This document shows positions 9,022 through 17,199 of a stretch of DNA of 64,000 nucleotides, piece after piece; positions within the stretch are counted from its first letter, which is position 1; the number at the start of each line of letters is the position of its first letter. The translations under genes were made by a program, and so were the position numbers. This stretch comes from Candidatus Poribacteria bacterium (GTDB taxonomy: Bacteria > Poribacteria > WGA-4E > WGA-3G): positions 2,592,001 through 2,656,000 of the forward strand of contig OZ251518.1 of the NCBI GenBank assembly GCA_965242965.1, given 5' to 3'. The notes under the pieces are model-generated. The model ran no database searches, was not told the origin of the DNA, and saw only the letters and a program-made list of their open reading frames with translations.

Positions 9022-10568
9022 CAATTTCCTAAGCTGTCTCCGCTTTCACTTTGGGTAGTATCCGTATTCAACCGCAACGCCTCAAGTCGGTTGTGGATTT
9101 CCGCTGAACGGTTATAGAGGCTTTCGGCGATGTCGGCGTATTCCTGTGGTTCTACGCCGGCCATCCGGTCGTACGCAATCTCTTCGATTTTTCCATTTTT
9201 CTGGAAGTGCCAGCACCCAACCTGTTCTTTGTGAAGAAAAACCGGCGGCGCATTGGTTTCTCCAGCCTGCTTCTCCAACTCGCCTTCGAGGATGAGATTA
9301 CCTATCTGTTCAAGTAACCAATCGCTGTGCGTTGTCACGATAACTCTCGCGCCAGCACGGACTAAGCGCGCTAGGGTAATCGCTATCTCGGTTTGGGCAC
9401 CGGGATGCAGGTGTGCTTCTGGTTCCTCAATAATGAGGGTATCCCCCGGTTTGATGCCGCCGCGGAGAAGCAGGACTAAGGGAGCGAGTTCAGATACCAT
9501 TGACGCGGCCTGCCCTATACGCATATCCTCTTTTGTGCCATGTGGGCGGTAGCGGAAATCGGGATACCCACCCGCGGATGGCTTCAAGCGTATCTCACCA
9601 GAAAGGACATCGGACTCCAATGTTTCTGCGAGGTGCTGCATCTCCGGATTCATGCTTTTGTCTTCTTCGTGGAGGATGATTTTTTGTAGAAAATGCGCTA
9701 TCACCCCTGACAGCGTCGGAACTTCCGGAAATCGTTCCAGCCCAAATCGCGTGACGCGCTCTATAATAGAACTCGCTAAAATCCGGTGGCTCTGCATGAT
9801 GCCGCTACGAGCAGCCGGCAGGTAATAACGGTTTCCACCCACCCAACCGAGACTACAGGCATCTTCAAAATTCAGTTGAAAAAAGGGAGAGCCTGGCGGA
9901 AAATGTGAGTCTTCGGAGACTGCCCAGCCTTCAGGGAAAATAACCGTGTCCCGGATGAGAGCTTCGTTGACAGATCTGTTCAAGGTGACATCTGATTCGG
10001 AGGCCATCAACTTGATATGCCACCGCTCTTGATTTTCTTCACGAACCTTCAGAGAAACCGTCATCTCATGACGCTGTTCTCCATTCAATCGCCTCAAGGC
10101 TGAAATGGGATTTAGATCAAAGCAATTTCCCAACTCTGCTTGCAGCTCATGCTTCAGCGACAGCAATGCCTCATGACCAAAAAAAGCGGACATCAGTAAA
10201 CTGAGTGTTGCAGCGTCCAGCTCTGATAATTTGAACGATTTTTCAATACTGTGCCACACGTCGGCAACGTCCGTAGATTCTTTCTCCGAAAGCGTCGGTT
10301 TGCTCAAAAGTTCACTATATTTTAAAGACATCGCCTTCAAAAATACCGTGAACTCCGCAGAAGATAGAGGGCCTAGGCGTGAGAACCCTTTGAACGCACC
10401 GTGCAACGCATAGACCAACGTCGAAAAATAGGTCTTCCCGGTGTTGCTCGGACCGGCGAAAACCGTTAGTGGACGTAAATCAACTGTGCCTCCGGCAATC
10501 GGACCGAAGTTTCTCACCGATATTTCGACGTTCGGATGCGGCTGAATGTCGCTGATTTTGCGCGTCAT
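9021..10568 (-). CDS. ABC-type AAA_15/AAA_21 family ATPase
   Basis: RNFGPI, Walker A GPSNTGKT, Walker B LIIEEPEAHLHP, H-loop VTTHS. Confidence 0.9.
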   Translation of the reverse strand: MTRKISDIQPHPNVEISVRNFGPIAGGTVDLRPLTVFAGPSNTGKTYFSTLVYALHGAFKGFSRLGPLSSAEFTVFLKAMSLKYSELLSKPTLSEKESTDVADVWHSIEKSFKLSELDAATLSLLMSAFFGHEALLSLKHELQAELGNCFDLNPISALRRLNGEQRHEMTVSLKVREENQERWHIKLMASESDVTLNRSVNEALIRDTVIFPEGWAVSEDSHFPPGSPFFQLNFEDACSLGWVGGNRYYLPAARSGIMQSHRILASSIIERVTRFGLERFPEVPTLSGVIAHFLQKIILHEEDKSMNPEMQHLAETLESDVLSGEIRLKPSAGGYPDFRYRPHGTKEDMRIGQAASMVSELAPLVLLLRGGIKPGDTLIIEEPEAHLHPGAQTEIAITLARLVRAGARVIVTTHSDWLLEQIGNLILEGELEKQAGETNAPPVFLHKEQVGCWHFQKNGKIEEIAYDRMAGVEPQEYADIAESLYNRSAEIHNRLEALRLNTDTTQSESGDSLGN

Positions 10569-10680
10569 TTTTCGTTCCTTGCCCAACCGATTTTGGTTGC
10601 GCACTGTTGTTAGAAAATGTCACCCTATCCTAAATTTCACGCAGCGGCAATTCGCAATTCAGGAATTATGTTCGATGCTT

Positions 10681-11367
10681 TCAAAACCACATTCTAACCC
10701 CAAGCCCAATAGCAGTCCCATCTAATACGACATTCAGCGGGAGCTCCCCAGTCGTTTCTACCGTTTTGAGGAGACGCTTTAATTCTAAATGGAGTGCCAA
10801 ATTATCTTCCCACCGAAACAGTTCGGCACCGAGGACAACGTATCCGGTTAATCCGGAAGAACTGCCATCAAATGAGATGCCTTGTTGCTCAACAAGCGTT
10901 ACCGCGCTGCCGCTGAAACTCGCGCCTAAAAAGCCGAAACCCCCACCGAAATAAATCGGCACAAACTTTGATAGCAACACAGGACGGTAAATGAGTTGAT
11001 ACGAGATAGGCACCAGTGTTGTTGTGAGTTTCGCTGATGTGGGCGGCGGAATGTCAAGCTCCAGCTGCCAATAGCCGATTTCCAGCCGCGAATCTAATTC
11101 AGCCGTGTGCTCAAAAACGACAGATACCATCGGCATCAAAACCGCCGGAACTTCGGATACCCCAATGCTTCGCAGGACATTGGTTAAATCACCAAGTTCC
11201 GGTTTATAGGAAAAGAGGGAGGCTTGCACAGATGCAGAGCGGACGTGCTGCGTGAAAAACGTCCGTAAGAGTGGTGACTGCCGGACTGCAGCGGTATCGG
11301 TGGATTCAGCAAGTAACGAGCCGAAAAAGAATAGCAGTAGCAAGCATCCGGCGAACATAAGGCGCAT
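10681..11367 (-). CDS. Putative outer-membrane beta-barrel protein
   Basis: Signal peptide MRLMFAGCLLLLFFFGSLLA, amphipathic strands, C-terminal LGVRMWF; AGGAG RBS. Confidence 0.7.
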   Translation of the reverse strand: MRLMFAGCLLLLFFFGSLLAESTDTAAVRQSPLLRTFFTQHVRSASVQASLFSYKPELGDLTNVLRSIGVSEVPAVLMPMVSVVFEHTAELDSRLEIGYWQLELDIPPPTSAKLTTTLVPISYQLIYRPVLLSKFVPIYFGGGFGFLGASFSGSAVTLVEQQGISFDGSSSGLTGYVVLGAELFRWEDNLALHLELKRLLKTVETTGELPLNVVLDGTAIGLGVRMWF

Positions 11368-11454
11368 GAGTGCGTTCTCCTGAGAATGAAACGAAAGGCG
11401 CGGGCGGATAAAGACATCCGTCCTGACAGGATACGGTGATAAAAGGAGTGACGA

Positions 11455-11835
11455 GGCACGGCGAGGGACAGGCCCTCGCGCTACGGTAAACACGTTTTTT
11501 CACCGTAGCGCGGGGGCCCTCGCCTGCCATACGCGCAGGCGAGAGGGTTTCCCCCGCGATCGCCCGACCCGCGCGAAAATCGTCCACCGACCAAGGCCAT
11601 TCCCCGTTCCGATCGAGGCATGGCGAGGGACAGGCCCTCGCCCTACGGTAAACACGTTTTTTCATCGTAGCGCGGGGGCCTGTCCCCCGCGATCGCCCGA
11701 CCCGCGCGAAAATCGTCCACCGACCAAGGCCATTCCCCGTTCCGATCGAGGCATGGCGAGGGACAGGCCCTCGCCCTACGGTGATAAAAAAGCGATGAGG
11801 GGTATGGCGAGGGATAGGTTTCCCTCGCCATACAA
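11455..11835. repeat. REP-doublet cluster with a ~100 bp tandem duplication
   Basis: CCCCGCGATCGCCCGACC...GCCCTCGCCCTACGGT repeated at ~11552-11649 and ~11686-11782. Confidence 0.85.
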
Positions 11836-11841
11836 GCATGG

Positions 11842-12720
11842 CTACATCGTCGCGCCCATCGGGAGCAAGATGACTTCCACACGCCGATTCGCGGCCCTGC
11901 CAGCAGACGTAGTCTGCGATGCAACCGGATCGGTGTGCGCCTTACCGACGGCCTCGATGCGGCTGGCATCAATGCCTTTCGATTGCAGGTATTTGGCAGC
12001 GGATCTTGCACGCGCCTGGGAAAGATCCCAATTGCTGCGATACGTTCCGCGCAACACCGGTGCGCCATCCGCATGCCCTTCAACGATAATCTTCGCGTCT
12101 GATTCGGACATCAGCTGCTCGACAACCTCATCCAGCATCGCTTTTGCCTTGCTGGAAAGCCCTGTCTGCCCACTGGCGAATTGGATGGTGGTAAGCACCG
12201 TCGGCTTGGCGGCGACTTCCATCTCCACCTCCGCGACCTGCTCCTCCAACGCCATCACCTGAGCGGTGAGCATCTTGATTTCGTCGGCCTGCGCCTTATT
12301 CGCTTTGGCTTCTGCCATGAGCTGCTTGTGCAGTTCGGCATCGCCATCTTTTGCGGCCTGCATGGCTTTTTCGGCCTGCATCTCGGCTGTCTCTGTCAGG
12401 TCGGCGCGAAGTTTCGCGTCAAGCTCCTTCGCGTTCTGCATGGCGGCGGCGATAGTATCGGCATCGCCTTGCTGGGCGGCGGCTATTGACTCATCCTTCG
12501 CTTCGGAGATAGCCTCCATCAGGTCTGCCTTCTGCCCATCAACTTTGGTGTCTAACATCGTAATCTTGTTGGACATATCGGCGTTGGTTTTCTCCACCTG
12601 TGAGACATGCTCGTTCTTCCACATCTCAAACTCTCCCTGGTCTAACTTGCCGCAGCCAGTGATGGCCAGGGCGGCAACACTCAAGAGAGTTATCAGCGTG
12701 AAAGTGGTTCTCGTTTTCAT
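11842..12720 (-). CDS. OmpA/MotB-like peptidoglycan-binding lipoprotein with coiled coil
   Basis: Lipobox ITGC; F.SG, VEGHAD, SNWDLSQARA, NRRVEV motifs; AGGAGG RBS. Confidence 0.88.
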   Translation of the reverse strand: MKTRTTFTLITLLSVAALAITGCGKLDQGEFEMWKNEHVSQVEKTNADMSNKITMLDTKVDGQKADLMEAISEAKDESIAAAQQGDADTIAAAMQNAKELDAKLRADLTETAEMQAEKAMQAAKDGDAELHKQLMAEAKANKAQADEIKMLTAQVMALEEQVAEVEMEVAAKPTVLTTIQFASGQTGLSSKAKAMLDEVVEQLMSESDAKIIVEGHADGAPVLRGTYRSNWDLSQARARSAAKYLQSKGIDASRIEAVGKAHTDPVASQTTSAGRAANRRVEVILLPMGATM

Positions 12721-12923
12721 GGATTCCTCCTATTTTGTCCCGGTTTCCAAATCGGGACGAAAAATTGACGTTTCTCTATGCAAAATTATCTATGCGCATC
12801 CCGCTGCGTAGGAACAAATGATGAGCGTTATCCGCTGTCATCGTGCGTCAGAAAAAGCGGCACGTCAAAGGATAAATGCTCTTCCTACAAGCTGGCGGAC
12901 AATGATAGGCGATTTTTCTATAT

Positions 12924-12953
12924 ATTATACCACGTTTTGGTAAAAAATGTCAA
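12924..12953 (-). promoter_or_regulatory. Sigma70-type promoter for the OmpA-like gene
   Basis: Minus strand TTGACA-N18-TATAAT with extended -10 TG. Confidence 0.7.
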
Positions 12954-13046
12954 ACTTTTTTTCAAAACAAAATTATCTTGATTTTTCAGTGGGCATCCGG
13001 TAAAATATATTAATGATAGATAGCCGCTACTGAAGACGAGGATAAC

Positions 13047-14396
13047 ATGGGACAGATAAGCATTATTTTACTCGCCGGGATGCTCTTCCTTTTAAATTTT
13101 GAACAGCCGGAGACAGACATCGCGCTCGGGACCGCGCAGCGTTTGCTCTGGACGCTTGCGCTCACGGTGGCACCCGCTTTTCTCGCGTATTGCGTCACGG
13201 TGTTTGCCAGCCGTGTGCTCCCTGCGGCTGCAGAGGAAAACCGCCCCAAACTCCACACGCTCAAACGATTCATGATTGCGTTTGAATGCCTGAGTTTAGT
13301 GGCGTATTTGGGAAACCTCTATCTGCTGAATCTGCCGGGACTCATTGAGCGATACATCACCGTATTTCCAACGCGGACATTGCAGTATGCGGTAGCACTC
13401 GTTCCGCTTGTCATGGGGTTAATCTCAATTCGGTTCGCTTTCTATCAGGTGAATCGGCATGAACAAGTGCATTACAAGGAACTGCTCAGCCTTCAGGTTA
13501 AACTGCTGCTTTTCCCGATAGTCCCGATGTTTATCTATTTCTTCACCCGTGATGTGCTTGTAAAACTGCCGTATCGGACGAAATACTTCCTCGTCACACA
13601 TGAGTGGATTTTAATCGGTGTGCTTCTGTTGCCGGCACTAGCGTTTGTCTATCTGTTCGCGCCCTACTTCGTGCAATTTTTGTGGCGCACCCAACCACTA
13701 CCGGCAGGCGCACTGAAACAGAAGTTGGAAAAATTGACACAACTCAGCGGCGTAAAATACAAGGAGATAGTCGTCTGGCAAACAGGCTCGCTCTCCATCG
13801 CAAACGCCGCTGTCGCCGGCACCGCGCTTTGGAATCGCCGCATCTTTTTGACAGACGCGCTCCTCTATTATTTTACCGATGACGAAATCGAAACGGTTGT
13901 CGCGCACGAACTCGGACATATCCGCTATCGGCACATTCCAACCTATCTCCTCTTTTCTGTCATCTATATGTTGAGTTCCGGGCTTTTTTACCGGTTCGTG
14001 GAGGCACCGCTAGCACCGTATCTAGCGGATGTGCCGATGCTCCTCACCTTATGTTGGTTGATATTTTTCATCCTCTATTTTGTCTTTATCTTCCGGTATC
14101 TCTCAAGACGGTTTGAACATCAGGCAGATCTGTATGCAGTGGAACTTACCGGGAAGGCAGAGGCGTTCAAAGAAGCGTTGATGAAACTGGCTGTGCTGAA
14201 CGCGCTCCCGGCATCAATTCGGCGGTTCTTTGAACTTTTCAACACACATCCTTCCATCTTCCGACGCATCGATTTCGTAGATAGAGTCATAGCGGGGAGT
14301 GCCTCTATTCTTCGGTATAAGCGTTATCTGCTGGAGGCGAAACTCTTAATCGCGCTGCTCCCGATATTTGGCGCGCTGGTGTTTTGGCTGGTTTAA
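13047..14396 (+). CDS. M48 family (Ste24/HtpX-like) membrane zinc metallopeptidase
   Basis: ANAAVAG, AHELGH (HExxH), SRRFEHQADLYA, THPS motifs; multiple TMs. Confidence 0.9.
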   Translation: MGQISIILLAGMLFLLNFEQPETDIALGTAQRLLWTLALTVAPAFLAYCVTVFASRVLPAAAEENRPKLHTLKRFMIAFECLSLVAYLGNLYLLNLPGLIERYITVFPTRTLQYAVALVPLVMGLISIRFAFYQVNRHEQVHYKELLSLQVKLLLFPIVPMFIYFFTRDVLVKLPYRTKYFLVTHEWILIGVLLLPALAFVYLFAPYFVQFLWRTQPLPAGALKQKLEKLTQLSGVKYKEIVVWQTGSLSIANAAVAGTALWNRRIFLTDALLYYFTDDEIETVVAHELGHIRYRHIPTYLLFSVIYMLSSGLFYRFVEAPLAPYLADVPMLLTLCWLIFFILYFVFIFRYLSRRFEHQADLYAVELTGKAEAFKEALMKLAVLNALPASIRRFFELFNTHPSIFRRIDFVDRVIAGSASILRYKRYLLEAKLLIALLPIFGALVFWLV

Positions 14397-14398
14397 TT

Positions 14399-15335
14399 GA
14401 GGGTGTTTCATATTTCGATGCGTTCGGTAGGCGTGCCCTCTGGTCTTGATGTTCCCGTAGCGCGGGGGCCCTCGGATGCCACACGCGCATCCGAGCGGGT
14501 TTCCCCCGCGATGGCTCAAGAACCGTTTTTTATCGTAGCGCGGGGGCCTGTCCCCCGCGATCGCACGCGTGCGCCAGTGACCGTAGTTCGGGATCGCCTG
14601 ATCCCGAACAGATCAAAATCGCTTGGAAACCAGCATGCCAGAGTTTCAGACGATCTGGTTTCCCTACAGAGACGAGAGAAATTATCTGTCTCCCGCGAGC
14701 CTCTTGTTGTCTGAATCAGGATTCACAAGATTCACACGATTTACAAGATTATCTCCCGCGCAACGAGCATTCTCTTTCCAATGGATGCCTCTTCAGGTCC
14801 GTTAGGTCCTGCATGTCTATAGAAAAACGTGCCACCGTTTTCAAGGTCTGTTAGGACCTTAAACCCCGAGCGGAAACGCCACTGTTTTCGTAGCGCGGGG
14901 GCCTGTCCCCCGCGAACGTTCGATCCAAACGAAAAACGTCGTTCGGAACGTAGCGCGGGGACCTGTCCTCCGCGATCCCTGAAACAAAACGAAAAACGTC
15001 CGCAGCCCAAGAGGCATGGACGTTTGCTGTCACGATCGATGCATGGCGAGGGACAGGCCCTCGCCCTACGGTGGGAGGAGGGGTGTTTTAGGTGCCGTAG
15101 CGCGGGGGCCTGTCCCCCGCGATGTTAACTGTCTGAAGCAGGATTTACACGATTTACACGATTATCTCCCGTGCAACGAGCATTTTTTTTGCAATGGATG
15201 CCTCTTTAGGTCCTTTAGGACCTGCATGTCTATAGAAAAACAGACCTGCCACCGTTTTCAAGGTCCGTTAGGACCTTAATGGAAATGGCAGCCAAGCGAG
15301 TCAAGGCACATTAAGGACCTAAAGAACCTTAGGTG
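14399..15335. repeat. Large mosaic repeat block (MITE-like end, REPs, CAGGATT 9-mers, AGGTCC/GGACCT modules)
   Basis: GAGGGTGTTTCATAT at 14399; ~14890-15073 directly repeats ~21082-21266; CAGGATT/TCTATAG module duplicated at ~14710 and ~15130. Confidence 0.85.
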
Positions 15336-15590
15336 CTATGAGATGCAGGATGCTTGGCGCGGGGAGGGTTGGTTTTCTAATCGTTCAAGGAGTTTTTCGC
15401 TGCATTCTATGAGGCGGTCTGAACGATAGATTAATTCGTCAAGGGAAATGTTCCCGGCTTGGTATTCTTCGTTGTCCTTTTTCTAGTGCGAGATGATTTG
15501 CCCTGCAGGTGGGCCCGTTGAGCGGAAGAGGTTGTATGCGATGAGCGCGAGGATTGCGCCGATGAAGAGGATAAGGATAAGTCTTTTCAT
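15336..15590 (-). pseudogene. Small membrane-anchored ORF interrupted by an in-frame TAG
   Basis: MKRLILILFIGAILALIAYNLF... stops at 15483-15485, but the frame stays open for 48 more protein-like codons (KKDNEEYQAGNISLDELIYR...). Confidence 0.4.
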
Positions 15591-15593
15591 GAG

Positions 15594-15629
15594 AAAAAAA
15601 AGACCCGGCCGCGCCGTGCCGCGGCCGGG
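15594..15629 (-). terminator. Rho-independent terminator after the FGE-domain gene
   Basis: CCCGGCCGC-loop-GCGGCCGGG stem followed by a U-tract on the minus strand. Confidence 0.7.
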
Positions 15630-15648
15630 GTAGTTGAACGGTTAAGAG

Positions 15649-16752
15649 TTAAGGTGTAACATCCTTCACGCAACGAAAACCGATTTGGACGAACGCGCTC
15701 GAAGGCGCGCTCAGGTTGCGATAGGCGACACGTATGAACCGCGCTCCTTCGCTCCACGAGCTGCTGCGAACCACGCGCTCGCTTTCGGTATGCCGGTTGC
15801 CGGTCGCGAGAGTTCTGAAGTTTTCACGCAGCCATTGGACAGTCTCCCCACCGGCGATGGGATTCCGACTGTTCTCAGACGCGGCATAGAAATCGGCATC
15901 GTATTCATCAAGACACCACTCGCTGACGTTCCCCGCCATGTCATACAACCCATATCCGTTCGCCGCATACTGCCCAACGGGTGTGTCATCGTCGATGCCA
16001 CCTGTGCGCTCCCAGTTCTCATCAAACTCAGAGTAGTTCGCATCGGCGAGAGTAATCGTATCGCCCCAGGGATACTTCTTCCCCGCAAGCCCACCGCGTG
16101 CGGCATATTCCCACTCCGCCTCTGTCGGCAGCCGTTTGCCTGCCCATTCCGCATACGCCATGGCAGCATACCAACTCACAGACTCCACCGGGTGGTTGGC
16201 TTTCCCAGTGGGATAGTTATTGTCATCCCAATTTGAGAGGTATTGGAGGGGCTTGTTGTCGAACCGGGCATCAGTGAATTGCCAGCCCGAGTGGAACCGG
16301 GCATCAATCTGGTCTTTTTGCCACTGCGGATTCGCATCGACAAACGCCTTGAATTGCGCGTTCGTGACTTCGTAGATGTCCATGTAGAACGCATCCAAGT
16401 GGACGGTATGCACCGGCTGTTCGTCATTCCGTGCCTCTTCGTCCTCTTCGTCATCGCTGCCCATCTGAAATGAGCCGGCGGGGATAAGCACCATGCCTTC
16501 GGGTGGCTCGGGTTTTGCGGGAGCTTCACCGAAAAGCCCCGCAACTATGACCAGGTCAAGGATATTTATTTCCCCGTCCCCATTCTGGTCTACTTCTGCA
16601 TTGTCGGTGCCCAGATGCTGCGCAATTATCACCAGATCTTGAATGTTGATCTTACCGTCTGCGTTCAGGTCTGCATTGCCGATGGCGGCGTGGACGCTGA
16701 CGAGTAGGAAAAACAGACATAAAAATGCATATTTCAACTGTTTCAACATCAT
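15649..16752 (-). CDS. Secreted dockerin-like + FGE-sulfatase (SUMF1/EgtB/PvdO, C-type lectin-like fold) domain protein
   Basis: Signal peptide; DLNADGKINIQDLV and DQNGDGEINILDLV repeats; RLPTEAEWEYAARGG, NGYGLYDMAGNVSEW, IGFRC; no FGE catalytic Cys pair. Confidence 0.9.
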   Translation of the reverse strand: MMLKQLKYAFLCLFFLLVSVHAAIGNADLNADGKINIQDLVIIAQHLGTDNAEVDQNGDGEINILDLVIVAGLFGEAPAKPEPPEGMVLIPAGSFQMGSDDEEDEEARNDEQPVHTVHLDAFYMDIYEVTNAQFKAFVDANPQWQKDQIDARFHSGWQFTDARFDNKPLQYLSNWDDNNYPTGKANHPVESVSWYAAMAYAEWAGKRLPTEAEWEYAARGGLAGKKYPWGDTITLADANYSEFDENWERTGGIDDDTPVGQYAANGYGLYDMAGNVSEWCLDEYDADFYAASENSRNPIAGGETVQWLRENFRTLATGNRHTESERVVRSSSWSEGARFIRVAYRNLSAPSSAFVQIGFRCVKDVTP

Positions 16753-16761
16753 AATTCTCCT

Positions 16762-16783
16762 TGCCCGCTATTAATAGCGGGCA
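16762..16783. promoter_or_regulatory. Perfect 22-bp palindrome abutting the RBS of the FGE-domain gene
   Basis: TGCCCGCTATTAATAGCGGGCA. Confidence 0.5.
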
Positions 16784-16947
16784 GTAGAAATAAAACAGAC
16801 TTGCGGCGGCATCCGCACCGCCGCGTTCATTTGTGAAAAAAACCGCGTTAAAAAGCGCGGTTTTTTTCAATGAGGGCCGGTAGGCGCGCTTTGAAACCGC
16901 GCTTACGGAGGTTGTGTGCGGGCTCGTGTGCCTGCACATGTCTCGTC

Positions 16948-17119
16948 TGTCTGAATCAGGATTTACAAGATTTCCAGGATGAGGAGTCTCCTGTCGTGAG
17001 AGACGCTCTTTCCCAGTAGGCGCGACCCCCTGGTTGCGGTTCTTACTGGACGCGCTTTGGAGAAGCAATGCGCTCCTAATCCTATAAATCCTAGAATCTT
17101 GCAAATCCTGATTCAGACA
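16948..17119. mobile_element. 172-bp MITE-like element with 25-bp terminal inverted repeats
   Basis: TGTCTGAATCAGGATTT(A/G)CAAGATT at both ends with one mismatch; lone ends also at ~14709, ~15130 and ~29265-29280. Confidence 0.65.
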
Positions 17120-17199
17120 ATTGACACGGCGAGGGACCTGCCCTCGCCCGACGGTGGGGAGGGCGTGACGATGCCTGGCAAGGCACAGAAAAGAGCCTC

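Noticed and set aside
15649-16752. True formylglycine-generating enzyme serving the sulfatase
   Set aside because: Lacks the catalytic Cys pair, is secreted with dockerin-like repeats, and the nearby sulfatase has Thr rather than Cys
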